A program made the translations under genes and the position numbers. Shown in pieces: positions 48,846 to 60,926 of a DNA stretch of 64,000 bases. This DNA comes from Acidimicrobiia bacterium. GTDB taxonomy: Bacteria > Actinomycetota > Acidimicrobiia > IMCC26256 > JACDBD01. Location of the stretch: positions 1,999 through 65,998 of the forward strand of contig JBPCMN010000023.1 of the NCBI GenBank assembly GCA_051002235.1, written 5' to 3'. Position 1 is the stretch's first letter. Each line of letters begins with the position of its first letter. Under the pieces are notes generated by a model. It was not told the origin of the DNA. It made no database searches and worked only from the letters and a program-made list of their open reading frames with translations.

Positions 48846-48992
48846 CTACCGGCCCCGGTACTTCGGCCGGAGCACGCGGACGTAGTAGCCGAGGGCGAGG
48901 AAGGCGATCAGCCCGATCGTGCCCAACACCAGGATGGGCGCGATCCAGTAGAACCAGAACTTCTGCGATTCCTTCGCCAGCACCTCGATCAC
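48846..48992 (-). CDS. Small single-pass membrane protein (48 aa)
   Basis: VIEVLAKESQKFWFYWIAPILVLGTIGLIAFLALGYYVRVLRPKYRGR. The GTG overlaps the anti-sigma stop (GTGA), and its stop lies 2 nt before the DUF2342 start. Only the C-terminal part of track ORF 48846..49178 is credible. Confidence 0.4.
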   Translation of the reverse strand: MIEVLAKESQKFWFYWIAPILVLGTIGLIAFLALGYYVRVLRPKYRGR

Positions 48993-49237
48993 AGGGTCTC
49001 CGGGGGATCTTCGGGAAGGGGCTCGCCGAGTGCGGCGGCGATGCGGCGCCGGAGCTCCGGCGGCACCTCGTCGCGGCACTTCGATGCGATCACCTGGCGC
49101 AACTCGATCTCGAAGTCGAAGCCCTCCGCACATGGGGGACACTCGTCGAGGTGGCGGGCGATGGCCCGCCGGCGCCAAATCGTCAGCTCCCCGTCGAGGT
49201 AGTGGTAGATCCGATGGATCGCCTTGTCGCAGTCCAT
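48989..49237 (-). CDS. Zinc-associated anti-sigma factor (RsrA/RshA-like, ZAS family)
   Basis: MDCDKAIHRIYHYLDGEL...HLDECPPCAEGFDFE carries the HxxxCxxC motif. Located immediately downstream of the ECF sigma gene. Confidence 0.8.
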   Translation of the reverse strand: MDCDKAIHRIYHYLDGELTIWRRRAIARHLDECPPCAEGFDFEIELRQVIASKCRDEVPPELRRRIAAALGEPLPEDPPETL

Positions 49238-49244
49238 CTCTCTC

Positions 49245-49844
49245 TCATCCCCCCGCTCGCGGTGCCGGCTCGGGGCGCGCTGGCTCGGGGCGGAGGCCCC
49301 GTTCCCCCGCAAACTCCCACAACGACTTCTGGAGCTGCTTTCTTCCTCGGTGCAGCCGGCTCATGACCGTCCCGATGGGGACGTCCATGATCTCGGCGAT
49401 CTCCTTGTAGGAGAAGCCCTCCACGTCGGCCAGCAACACGGCCATGCGGAACTGCTCGGGGAGGGCTTCGAGCGCCTCCTTCACCGCCTCGTCGGGGATC
49501 GATTCGAGCACCTCCGACTCGGGGGTGCGGTTGGCCTCGGCCGCCTCCAGGCCGCCGAGGCGCCGGAAGAGGTAGAAGTCCTCGGTGTCGTCGAGGTCGG
49601 TCTGCTCGGGACGGCGCTTCTTGGCCCGGTAGGTGTTGATGAAGGTGTTGGTCAGGATCTTGTACAGCCATGCCTTGAGGTTGGTGCCCTCGCGGAAACC
49701 CCCGAAGCCGCGGTAGGCGCGCAGGTAGGTCTCCTGCACGAGGTCCTCGGCGTCGGCAGGGTTCCGCGTCATCCTGAGCGCGGCTGAGTACAGCGCCGAC
49801 ATGTACGGCATCGCGAGGTCGGCGAACTGCTCCTGGTCTGCCAT
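49245..49844 (-). CDS. sigH: ECF RNA polymerase sigma factor, SigH/SigR-like
   Basis: Region 2 [17 protein letters not shown] and region 4 [25 protein letters not shown]. Paired with the ZAS anti-sigma factor. Confidence 0.8.
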   Translation of the reverse strand: MADQEQFADLAMPYMSALYSAALRMTRNPADAEDLVQETYLRAYRGFGGFREGTNLKAWLYKILTNTFINTYRAKKRRPEQTDLDDTEDFYLFRRLGGLEAAEANRTPESEVLESIPDEAVKEALEALPEQFRMAVLLADVEGFSYKEIAEIMDVPIGTVMSRLHRGRKQLQKSLWEFAGERGLRPEPARPEPAPRAGG

Positions 49845-49858
49845 CGAGCCCAGAGTAG

Positions 49859-51040
49859 CTAGCTCGGGATCACCCGCCAGATCTGGCCGTTGGCGCCGCT
49901 AGCGTCGGTCGTGACGTAGAGGTTGCCGTCGGGTCCCTGCACCACGCTCCGCAACCGAATGCCGTCCTGCAACACGTCGACGAAGCCCGTCGTCGAAGTA
50001 CCGGCCGAGTCGAGGAAGAGGACGCGGACCCGCATGTCCTTCAAGATCGCCATGGCCAACGCGCCGTCCCATGTCCCCCACTGCGGTCCCGACAGGAACG
50101 TGCCCCCCGACGGCGCGATCGTCGGGCACCCCGAGCTCCAGACCGCCCCGATCGCACCGGGGAACTGGGCGAAGTCCGTCATCGGAACGCCTTCCTCGTA
50201 GTCGGGCAAGCCGTCGTCGTCCCCGTCCCATCCGTAGTGGCCCCCCGAAACGAGCCGGTTCGCCTCGTCGTCACAACCGGTCCCGTGCTCGATGCTGTAC
50301 GCCTGGCCGCTACCGGGCTGGAACGCGATGCCCTGGACGTTGCGGTGTCCGAGGGTGTAGATGCGATCGTCACCGGCGACACCGATGAACGGGTTCCCCG
50401 AGGCGGCGGCGCCGTTGGCCTGGACACGCAGGACTTTTCCGCCCAGCGAGTTGACGTCAGTCGGGACGATACCGGTCGCCGCGTCGCCCGTCGTGATCCA
50501 GAGGTTCCCGTCCGGACCGAACCGAGGCCGGCAGCCGGAGTGGCGACCGGTCGTCCAGGGCATGCCGGTGACAATCGGCGTTTGTACCGACAGCGCCGCG
50601 TTCTCCGGGTAGGTGAGGTCGACGGTGAACCGGGCGACCCGCACATCGTTGTCGAGGTCGCTCACCGTGCCGTTCGTCGACGCGTAACAGACGTAGATGA
50701 AGTTGCTGCCCGCGCCGTAGGCCGGGTCGATCGCTAGACCGAGCAGCCCGCCTTCGTTGGCGTTCTTCACATCGGGGACGCTGCCGAGCTGCCGCTTGAC
50801 CCCCCCGAGGAACGCGCTGATCGCACCGCCCTTCTCGGTGAAGAGCATCGTTCCGTCGTCGGGGGTGAACGCGAGGTCCCACGGTTGGCCGAGGTTCTGG
50901 AGCAGGACCGTCTTCGTGAGTGTGGGCGCTGCGGTCGGCGGCGGGTCCGCCGGAGGCGCAGGCGGCTTGACCGGGCGGCAGGCGGCGAGGAGCGCCAGCG
51001 CCACCGTCCCTACGACAAGGCTCGCTCCCCGGTGCTCCAT
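49859..51040 (-). CDS. PQQ-dependent sugar dehydrogenase (soluble glucose/sorbosone dehydrogenase-like) lipoprotein
   Basis: Lipobox LLAAC, then beta-propeller motifs [17 protein letters not shown] and [13 protein letters not shown]. Confidence 0.75.
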   Translation of the reverse strand: MEHRGASLVVGTVALALLAACRPVKPPAPPADPPPTAAPTLTKTVLLQNLGQPWDLAFTPDDGTMLFTEKGGAISAFLGGVKRQLGSVPDVKNANEGGLLGLAIDPAYGAGSNFIYVCYASTNGTVSDLDNDVRVARFTVDLTYPENAALSVQTPIVTGMPWTTGRHSGCRPRFGPDGNLWITTGDAATGIVPTDVNSLGGKVLRVQANGAAASGNPFIGVAGDDRIYTLGHRNVQGIAFQPGSGQAYSIEHGTGCDDEANRLVSGGHYGWDGDDDGLPDYEEGVPMTDFAQFPGAIGAVWSSGCPTIAPSGGTFLSGPQWGTWDGALAMAILKDMRVRVLFLDSAGTSTTGFVDVLQDGIRLRSVVQGPDGNLYVTTDASGANGQIWRVIPS

Positions 51041-51230
51041 GCGCGCTCCTGGCGTCAGCTGTCCTCTTTGGTCGAAGGGTGCGCCGGAACTGTATGCCCG
51101 GGAGGTGACGGAGAGCGCGGGCGGCCACCCGCCGTCTGATCAGCGGGGGGGGGACGGGGGGTATCGCGCGCGGCGCCCGGGGACAGACGCACGCCCAGGA
51201 TCGATCCGGTGGATGCAGCGGGCGGATCGC

Positions 51231-51419
51231 CTACATGCGGGTCGTGCGGTGGCAGCCGTTGCGGCACCAGGCGAGCTCGATCGTGCCGATGCCGTGCGCG
51301 TTGCCGGACTCGTCCTCGATCACTCGAGCCTGCAACGTCGCCCCGTTCTCACCGCAGTGCGGGCAGCGCTCGTTACGCCGGATCTCTCGCCTCGACGTCG
51401 CGATGTCGTGATCGTGCAT
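51231..51419 (-). CDS. Small zinc-ribbon protein (62 aa), hypothetical
   Basis: Contains CPHC...(29 aa)...CRNGC and has high GC3 codon usage consistent with real coding. I recognise no family. Confidence 0.4.
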   Translation of the reverse strand: MHDHDIATSRREIRRNERCPHCGENGATLQARVIEDESGNAHGIGTIELAWCRNGCHRTTRM

Positions 51420-51601
51420 CTGCCCCCGTCCGCCCTCGGCAACAGTTCTCCGTGGCGATCCAACCCGGCGCGGGTGGCGCCGTACTCGTTCGCGCCGAGC
51501 GTATTCGGCGTGGGAGCGGTAGCCGCGGACCCATGGAGACGAGAAAGCGGCCCGGCTCCGGGTGCAGAGCCCGACGCCGTCGCCTCTCGGCGAGGTGGAG
51601 G

Positions 51602-51674
51602 AGCCGGGGAGGGGACTCGAACCCCTGGCCTGCTCATTACGAGTGAGCTGCTCTGCCGACTGAGCTACCCCGGC
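51602..51674 (-). tRNA. tRNA-Thr (anticodon CGU)
   Basis: GCCGGGGTAGCTCAGTCGGCAGAGCAGCTCACTCGTAATGAGCAGGCCAGGGGTTCGAGTCCCCTCCCCGGCT folds as a cloverleaf with anticodon loop CTCGTAA. Confidence 0.9.
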
Positions 51675-51687
51675 GGGAACGCTCAGG

Positions 51688-52800
51688 CTACAAGGGGGGC
51701 TTCACCGCCAACCCGGGAAGATGGAGCAGGAGCCGCTCGAGCAGCAGGCCCTCGTTGGGATTGAACTCGCCCAGCGCGTCGCGCCCGGCACGACACGCCC
51801 GCAGCGCGCGGTCGCACCCTCGCGGCCCGGCGTTGAGCGTCGGGCGGTCGGTGTTGAGCGCGGGGGCGTCGGGACCGGCGAGCGCGTCGCGATACACGGT
51901 CTCGAGCGCGGTGATTCCCTCGACCAGCGCCTCGAGGCGGGCGCGGCGGTGCTCGCGCTTCTGGCGCTCGGCGAGCCGCTTCTTGAGGGCGGTGGCGGTC
52001 CGGTCGGGGTAGCCGGCGCTCTCCAGCTCTTCGGTGAGCTCCTCGATCTCCTGCCCGTGCGCGGCCTCCAGTTCGGCGACGGTGGCGGCGATCGCCTCGT
52101 CGAGGCGTTCGAGCTGCTCGGCGACGGTGGCACCGGTGCCGTCGACATTCGCGGCCGCGTCCACGAACGCCTCGCGCAGAGGGCCGAGCCGTCCGGCCAG
52201 CGCCCGGGCCCGGTCGAGGCGTCCCCCCGCCAGCCGGGCGACGGTCGCGGCCCGGTTGGCGTCGACGCCGGCCTCGGTGAGCGTGGCGCGGATGGTCGGC
52301 TCGTCGAGCGTGCCGAAGTCGATGCGCTGGCAGCGCGAGCGGACGGTCTCGGGCAGCTCGTCCGGATAGGCCGTGACCAGCACCATCACCGTCCGCTCGG
52401 GCGGCTCCTCCAATGTCTTGAGCAAGGCGTTGGCGGCTTCGTCGCGGTTGGCGCGCCGGAGTCGCTCGGCCTCGTAGATCACGACCACCTTGCGCTCCCC
52501 CTCGATCGGGCTTCGGTACGCCTCGGGGATCATGCGATCGCGCACGTCGTCGTTGACGGAGTAAGTGGTCGCGGTGGGCTCGAACTCGACGACATCGGGG
52601 TGCCGGCCGCGCCGGGCGAGGTCCCAGGCGCGCTCGTCGTCGCCGGAAGCAACCAGCGCGGCGCCGAAGCAACGCGCCGCTTCCTCCACTCCGGCACCGC
52701 GGGGACCGACGAGCAGGTAGGCATGTACGGGTCGCTCGGCGGCGTGCTGGAGCAGTGCCACCGCGCGGTCCTGCCCCGTGACGTGGTCCCAGCCGCTCAT
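51688..52800 (-). CDS. holB: DNA polymerase III subunit delta-prime
   Basis: Track ORF trimmed to MSGWDHVTGQDRAVALLQHAAERPVHAYLLVGPRGAG... Synteny tmk-holB. Confidence 0.85.
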   Translation of the reverse strand: MSGWDHVTGQDRAVALLQHAAERPVHAYLLVGPRGAGVEEAARCFGAALVASGDDERAWDLARRGRHPDVVEFEPTATTYSVNDDVRDRMIPEAYRSPIEGERKVVVIYEAERLRRANRDEAANALLKTLEEPPERTVMVLVTAYPDELPETVRSRCQRIDFGTLDEPTIRATLTEAGVDANRAATVARLAGGRLDRARALAGRLGPLREAFVDAAANVDGTGATVAEQLERLDEAIAATVAELEAAHGQEIEELTEELESAGYPDRTATALKKRLAERQKREHRRARLEALVEGITALETVYRDALAGPDAPALNTDRPTLNAGPRGCDRALRACRAGRDALGEFNPNEGLLLERLLLHLPGLAVKPPL

Positions 52801-52817
52801 GGCGTTGGACTCTAGAG

Positions 52818-52851
52818 GCGAGCGATCGCGGCGCAGGTACCCTGCCGCAGC
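52818..52851 (-). repeat. Intergenic repeat family 2, copy 2 (between the tmk stop and the holB start)
   Basis: The reverse complement GCTGCGGCAGGGTACCTGCGCCGCGATCGCTCGC aligns with 37310-37345. Confidence 0.7.
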
Positions 52852-52898
52852 GAGCCGGGGCCCGAGCGGCCCGACCCGTTGTGGCCGAGAGCGGGAGG

Positions 52899-53516
52899 CT
52901 AGGCCTCGAGATCGAGGCGACCGGCCACGGCCTTCCAGACGAGCTCGTGGACCTCGTCTTCGGGCCCGATGCCTGCGACGAGGGTCCATCCCCGCTCGGC
53001 GGCCAGGTCGCGGTACGCCCGGCGCACCGTGGCATGGAAGTCGGCGCCGGCGCGCTCGAGCCGGTCGGGCGGCCCGACATGGCGTTCGGTCGCCACTGCG
53101 TCGGTGACGTCGAGCACGACGACCACGTCGGGGTCGAGCCCACCGGTCGCCACCTGGTTGATCTGCTCGACCACGTCGACCCCGAGCCCGCGACCGACGC
53201 CCTGGTACGCGAGCGACGAAGGCACGTAGCGGTCACTCACGACGTCGTCGCCGCGGTCGAGCGCGGGGCGAACCACCTCCGCGACCTGCTGGGCCCGGTC
53301 CGCCGCCAGGAGCAGGGCCTCGACGATGGGCTGGATGCGCTCGGGGCCCTCGAGCAGCAAGGCGCGGATGTGACGTCCGGTTTCGGTCGCGCCCGGCTCG
53401 AAGGTCTCGACGACGGTCCGACCCGCGGCCTCGAGCCGCCACGCCAGCCGCCGGGCCTGCGTGCTCTTTCCGCTGGCGTCGCCACCCTCGAGGACGACGA
53501 AATGTCCCCGCGTCAT
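52899..53516 (-). CDS. tmk: dTMP kinase
   Basis: Track ORF trimmed to MTRGHFVVLEGGDASGKSTQ... (P-loop). ATGA overlap with the MFS gene stop. Confidence 0.9.
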   Translation of the reverse strand: MTRGHFVVLEGGDASGKSTQARRLAWRLEAAGRTVVETFEPGATETGRHIRALLLEGPERIQPIVEALLLAADRAQQVAEVVRPALDRGDDVVSDRYVPSSLAYQGVGRGLGVDVVEQINQVATGGLDPDVVVVLDVTDAVATERHVGPPDRLERAGADFHATVRRAYRDLAAERGWTLVAGIGPEDEVHELVWKAVAGRLDLEA

Positions 53517-54895
53517 AGGCGCTCTCGGCGGTGAGCCTGGCGCATCTCGCGTCGGGCGACGAAGCCCGACCCGAGGGCGATGAGGCCGCCGAGCCATAGG
53601 GCGAGCCGCACCCCCGGCAACCCGATCGCCTGACCGCCGACCTCGATGACCCCGTCGTCGAGGAGCGCCTGCGACAGCTCGTCGCACGCTCCCGCCAGCA
53701 GCGGCGTCACCGTGAGAGAGAGAAGGAGACAGACGCGGATCAGCGTGTAGAGCGCGGCGAACGTACGCCCCCGTACCTCGTCGTGCGAGTTGCGTTGGAG
53801 GAGCGTGAAGCCGGAGACATAGCCGGTGCCGGCGGCCGCGCCCACGAACACGGTCACGAACATCGCCGCCACGAGCGCCGAGAACGACGCCGCCGTCACG
53901 ATACCGACGCCGGTGGTGACGATCGCCACCCAGAACACCGTCTCGAGCGGTGCCCGCTTCTGGACCAGCACCAGCGTGATGACGCCGACGGCAGCGCCGA
54001 ACCCGAGTGCGAACATCAGCAGCCCGAAGCCCGACGTGCCCTCGTGCAACACCCGGTCGGAGAACACCGGCCCGAGCGGGATGATCATGCCGCCGCCGAG
54101 CAACCCTCCGGCCAGGCCGTAGATCACCCCCCGGACGAGCTCGTTTCTAGCGATGAACCGCACCCCCTCCTTGATGTCGCGCAGGGTCTGGGTCACCTTG
54201 ATACGCGGCCGCGACTCGTCGAGGTGGGCCTTCGGTACCGGCAACGTCATCGTGATGAGCGCCGACGCCGCGAACGCGAGGGCGTCGAAGTAGAGCGCGA
54301 TCGACTCGCGGTCGAGCTTGAGGAAGTCGAGGGCGTTGAACCCGCCAAGCCAGTCGGCCAGGCTGGCGAGGCTGGCGAAAACGAGCGCGCCAGCGGGGAA
54401 GGTCCCGAACGCGGCCACCAGCGAGAGCGAGTTCGCCTGGGCCAGGTTCTCCTCCGGGACCAGATGCGGGACGGTCGCGGCGGTGGCGGGCCCGCGGAAA
54501 AGCGCGAACAGCTCGAGGACGAACGACGCCACCACCAGGCCAAAGAGGGTGTCGACGAAGGGGAGGAGTGCGAGCAACAGAGCCCGACCGACATCGGTGA
54601 AGACCATGACGCGCTTGCGGTCGAGCCGGTCGACCAACGCGCCACACAGCGGTGCGAGCAGGAACCCGGGCAGCATGCGCGCCACCATGACGAGGCTGAG
54701 CGCGGCCGCATTGCTCTTGGAGACGGTGTTGGCGAGCGCCAGGATCGCGAGCAGGCCGATCCAGTCGCCCAGACTCGACAGTACTTGCGAGAGCCAGAGA
54801 CGAAAGAACGAGCCGGTGCCGAAGACGCGCCACGGCTCGTCGGGGATCGCGTCCTCGTCCCCGGCCCCCGGAATGAACGGCGCTTGGTCGCTCAC
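53513..54895 (-). CDS. MFS transporter
   Basis: About 12 TM helices and the typical MFS loop motif GALVDRLDRKRVM. Confidence 0.8.
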   Translation of the reverse strand: MSDQAPFIPGAGDEDAIPDEPWRVFGTGSFFRLWLSQVLSSLGDWIGLLAILALANTVSKSNAAALSLVMVARMLPGFLLAPLCGALVDRLDRKRVMVFTDVGRALLLALLPFVDTLFGLVVASFVLELFALFRGPATAATVPHLVPEENLAQANSLSLVAAFGTFPAGALVFASLASLADWLGGFNALDFLKLDRESIALYFDALAFAASALITMTLPVPKAHLDESRPRIKVTQTLRDIKEGVRFIARNELVRGVIYGLAGGLLGGGMIIPLGPVFSDRVLHEGTSGFGLLMFALGFGAAVGVITLVLVQKRAPLETVFWVAIVTTGVGIVTAASFSALVAAMFVTVFVGAAAGTGYVSGFTLLQRNSHDEVRGRTFAALYTLIRVCLLLSLTVTPLLAGACDELSQALLDDGVIEVGGQAIGLPGVRLALWLGGLIALGSGFVARREMRQAHRRERL

Positions 54896-54901
54896 GGCGG
54901 G

Positions 54902-57691
54902 TCAGCCTAAGGGTTGTCGATCGGAGCCTCGTCCGGCTGCGCTGTTAGGAGGGACGGCGTGAGGAGGGACGGCGTCAGGAGGAGTGGCGCCGGTCGCGGC
55001 CAGCTTGGCCGCCGCCTTCGCTGCCGCCTTCTTCTTCGCGGCCACCCGCTTCTTCGCCGGCGCCTTCTTCTTCGCCGGCTTCCTCTTGGTCGCCGCCTTC
55101 TTCTTCTTGCGCGGGCGCTTCTTGGCCGGCCCCTTGGCGGCGCGGTCGCGTATCAGCGCGACCGCCTCGTCGAGCGTGACCGCGGCGGGATCGGTACCAC
55201 GGGGAATGGTGGCGTTGGTTGTCCCGTCGGTGGCGTACGGGCCGTAGCGGCCATCGAGCACCCGCACCATCTCGCCCGATTCGGGATGGGCGCCGAGCTC
55301 GGCAATCGGAGGCTTCTGCCGCTGCCCGCGCCGCGCCTTGGGCTGGGCGAACAGCGCGTTGGCCTCCTCCTTGGTGATGGAGAACAGCTGGTCCTCGCGT
55401 TCGAGGCTGCGACTGTCGGTGCCTTTCTTGAGATAGGGGCCGTAGCGGCCGTTCTGGGCGGTGATCTCCGTACCGTCGTCCTCCACACCGACGACACGCG
55501 GCAACGACAGCAGCTGGAGCGCCTCGTCGAGCGTGACCGACTCGGGCCCCATCTCCTCGAACAGCGACGCCCGCGGCGGCTTCTCCTTCGAGCCGTCCTC
55601 GATCTCGCCCATCTGCACGAACGGTCCGAACCGGCCGTTGAGCACCAGCACCTTCTCGCCCGTGTTCGGGTCGACCCCGAGTATGCGAGGCCCGGCACTG
55701 GCCCGCTCGAGCAGCTCCTCCACCAGCTCTATCGTCAGCTCGTCGGGCGCGACGTCGGGCGCGATCGGTGCCTTGTCGTCACCCCGCTGCACCGACGCTC
55801 CGTTCGGCCAGACCCGCACCACGATGGGCTTGCCGTCGGGGTCGTCGTACAGCGGGACGGTGTTGACCGACTCCTTGTCGATCTGGTCGAGGTTGTCATC
55901 GGCGACCAGCGCCTTCAGGCCGACGTGACCGTCACCGAAGTAGAAGTCGGCGAGCCACTTCTCCGACTCGGCTTCGTTGTTGGCGATGACGTCGAGGTCC
56001 TCCTCCATGCGGGCGGTGAACTGGTAGTCGACGAGGTAGTCGAAGTGGCGCTCCAGGAGTTGCACGACCGCGAACGCGGTCCACGACGGCACCAGCGCGT
56101 TGCCCTTCTTCCAGACGTACCCCCGCTCTTGGATCGTCTGGATCACGCTGGCGTACGTGGACGGGCGCCCGATTCCGTCCTCCTCCATCTCCTTCACCAG
56201 GCTTGCCTCGGTGAAGCGCGCCGGCGGTTGGGTGGTGTGTCCCGAGGGGGCAAGGCTCTCGCACCGCGCCGCGGCGCCCTCGCTCACCGCCGGGACCGGT
56301 GACTCGCGGTCCTCCAACTCGGCGTCGGGGTCATCGGCTCCCTCGACATAGGCCCGCATGAACCCGGGGAACTCGATGGTGCGACCCGACGCGGAGAAGA
56401 CCGCGTCCTCGCCCGCGCTCGACGTCGCCCCGAGTCGGAGCGAGATCTTCTGACCGCGGGCGTCGGCCATCTGGCACGCGATCGTGCGCATCCAGATGAG
56501 CTCGTAGAGGCGAACCTCGTCGGTGTCGAGCTTGGTCTTCACCTGCTCGGCCGTGCGCATGTCGTCGCCGGCGGGCCGGATCGCCTCGTGCGCCTCCTGG
56601 GCGTTCTTCACTTTGTGCTGGTAACTGCGCTCCTTGTCGGGCAGGAAGTCGTCGCCGTAGAGCTCGCGGATGCGCGCCCGCGCCGCCGTCACCGCCTGCG
56701 CCGACAGGTTGGTCGAGTCGGTCCGCATGTAGGTGATGAAGCCCCGCTCGTACAGGCGCTGCGCAACCTGCATCGCGCGGGCGGCGCTGAAGCGCAGCTT
56801 GCGGCTCGCCTCCTGCTGGAGCGTGGAGGTGATGAAGGGCGCGTGGGGCTGTTGGCGCCAGGGGCTGGTCTCGACCGAACTGATCCGGTAGTCGGCTTCG
56901 CCCAGCCGGCCCGCCAGCGCGGTGGCCTCGGTCTCGTCGAGCAGCACGATCTCGTCGGGCGTCGAGGGCGCGCCGGTGGCCGGGTCGAAGTCCTTCCCGG
57001 TCGGGATGCGCTTGCCGTCGAGCGCAGCGAGCTTGGCCGCGAACGAGCCGTCTCCGGCGGCAAAGCTACCCTCGAGGTCCCACCACCCGCCGCTGCGGAA
57101 CGCCATTCGGGCCCGCTCGCGCTCGACGACCAGTCGGGTGGCGACGCTCTGGACCCGGCCCGCCGACAGCTTGGGCATGACCTTCTTCCACAGGACGGGC
57201 GAGAGCTCGTAGCCGACCAGCCGGTCCAGGATCCGGCGGCCCTCCTGGGCTTCCACCAGCTTCATGTCGAGGTCGCGCCCGTGGGTGAGCGCCTCCTCGA
57301 TGGCGGTGCGAGTGATCTCGTGGAAGACGAGCCGCGTGACCGGGATCGTGGGCTTCAGGACCTCGCGTACGTGCCAGGCGATGGCCTCGCCCTCCCGGTC
57401 CTCGTCGGTGGCGAGGTACAGCTCGCTGGCGTTCTTCAGGGCCTTCTTCAGCGCGGCGACGACGTCCCGCTTGCCCTGAGACACGACGTACACGGGCCGG
57501 AAGCCGTCCTCGACGTCGACACCGAGGCGGCCCGCTTCCGTGCCCTTGAACTCCTTCGGCACGTGGGACGCGTTCTCGGGCAGCGACCGGATGTGACCGA
57601 TGCTCGATTCGACGACGTAATCCGCGCCGAGGTAACCCGCGATGGTGCGGGCCTTCGCCGGTGACTCGACGATCACGAGCGGTTTCGCCAC
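54902..57691 (-). CDS. topA: DNA topoisomerase I (type IA) with a Lys/Ala-rich C-terminal tail
   Basis: TOPRIM LVIVESPAKARTI, then YITYMRTDS (active-site Tyr region), and a C-terminal KKRPRKKKKAATKRKPAKKKAPAKK tail. Confidence 0.95.
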   Translation of the reverse strand: MAKPLVIVESPAKARTIAGYLGADYVVESSIGHIRSLPENASHVPKEFKGTEAGRLGVDVEDGFRPVYVVSQGKRDVVAALKKALKNASELYLATDEDREGEAIAWHVREVLKPTIPVTRLVFHEITRTAIEEALTHGRDLDMKLVEAQEGRRILDRLVGYELSPVLWKKVMPKLSAGRVQSVATRLVVERERARMAFRSGGWWDLEGSFAAGDGSFAAKLAALDGKRIPTGKDFDPATGAPSTPDEIVLLDETEATALAGRLGEADYRISSVETSPWRQQPHAPFITSTLQQEASRKLRFSAARAMQVAQRLYERGFITYMRTDSTNLSAQAVTAARARIRELYGDDFLPDKERSYQHKVKNAQEAHEAIRPAGDDMRTAEQVKTKLDTDEVRLYELIWMRTIACQMADARGQKISLRLGATSSAGEDAVFSASGRTIEFPGFMRAYVEGADDPDAELEDRESPVPAVSEGAAARCESLAPSGHTTQPPARFTEASLVKEMEEDGIGRPSTYASVIQTIQERGYVWKKGNALVPSWTAFAVVQLLERHFDYLVDYQFTARMEEDLDVIANNEAESEKWLADFYFGDGHVGLKALVADDNLDQIDKESVNTVPLYDDPDGKPIVVRVWPNGASVQRGDDKAPIAPDVAPDELTIELVEELLERASAGPRILGVDPNTGEKVLVLNGRFGPFVQMGEIEDGSKEKPPRASLFEEMGPESVTLDEALQLLSLPRVVGVEDDGTEITAQNGRYGPYLKKGTDSRSLEREDQLFSITKEEANALFAQPKARRGQRQKPPIAELGAHPESGEMVRVLDGRYGPYATDGTTNATIPRGTDPAAVTLDEAVALIRDRAAKGPAKKRPRKKKKAATKRKPAKKKAPAKKRVAAKKKAAAKAAAKLAATGATPPDAVPPHAVPPNSAAGRGSDRQPLG

Positions 57692-57840
57692 TTGCTCTTC
57701 CTACTTCTCTCTGTCTTGAGGTATTCCTCGCTCAAATGCCACGGGTGGCGCGCGACGGTAGGTCGTTCAACACGCGGCGCGGTGGACCGTAGCAAAGTGC
57801 GCTTCTTCCGCAACCATCACGCCCGTCTATCCTGCCCGCC

Positions 57841-58496
57841 ATGAGTCCCGAGAAGTTGATCGAGACGTTCGGGACAATCGGCTTGTTCGTCATCATCTTC
57901 GCCGAGTCGGGGCTCCTCATCGGCTTCTTCCTCCCCGGGGACTCGTTGCTGTTCACCGCCGGGTTGCTGGCGTCACAGGGCAAGTTCGGTCTGAGCCTCC
58001 CGATCCTGCTGATCGGTTGCTTTGTCGCCGCGGTCGCCGGTGACCAGGTCGGTTACATGTTCGGCCAGCGCGTCGGACCGGCGTTGTTCCGGCGTCCCGA
58101 CTCGCGCATCTTCAAGCAGCAGTACGTGCACCGGGCCAACGAGTTCTTCGAGCAACACGGCAAGAAGACGATCGTCATCGCCCGCTTCGTGCCGGTGGTG
58201 CGGACGTTCGCACCGATCCTCGCCGGCGTCGGGGAGATGCGATACCGGAGCTTCGTCACGTTCAACGTGCTCGGGGGCCTGTTGTGGGCGGTGGGTGTGA
58301 CGACCGCCGGCTACGTCCTGGGCGACACCGTCCCGAGCATCGACCGGTACCTGCTCCCGATCATCGCCGGGATCATCCTGATCTCGGTGCTGCCCCCGGC
58401 GATCGAGGTGCTCCGGCACCGGCGCCGGGCCCGGGCGCTCTCCACCACCGAGGCCGAAGCGGCCGCCGACGAACTCGAGCACATCGTCAACGACGA

Positions 58497-58500
<4 letters not shown>
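57841..58500 (+). CDS. DedA-family (VTT domain) membrane protein
   Basis: FAESGLLIGFFLPGDSLLFTAG and IARFVPVVRTFAPILAG are DedA signatures. Confidence 0.85.
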
Positions 58501-60830
<2,330 letters not shown>

Positions 60831-60926
60831 CGACTCAGTGGCTCCTTGGTAACCGCGCGCCCGGGACCCCCGGCACGGCGCCGGGAACGGTAGGAGGCGT
60901 CCGGTCGGCGCCGCAATTCGCGCTCG

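Noticed and set aside
49845-50040. Search for a SigH/SigR-type autoregulatory promoter (GGAAT-N18-GTT) upstream of the sigma gene, and for ClgR boxes upstream of clpC
   Set aside because: I could find no convincing match by eye. The region upstream of sigH is the 3' end of the dehydrogenase gene. I do not report it as a feature.
54902-55150. Lys/Ala-rich repetitive C-terminal tail of TopA (AKKKAAAK-type repeats), with poly-Arg/Leu ORFs on the opposite strand
   Set aside because: A basic tail is a known feature of actinobacterial topoisomerase I, so this is not a separate element or gene.
60831-60926. Possible riboswitch or leader upstream of hppA, and c-di-AMP (ydaO-type) element near the trkA/APC permease genes (62784-62834)
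   Set aside because: The spacers are short (96 and 51 nt) and I could recognise no conserved riboswitch cores. There are only generic GC-rich partial hairpins.
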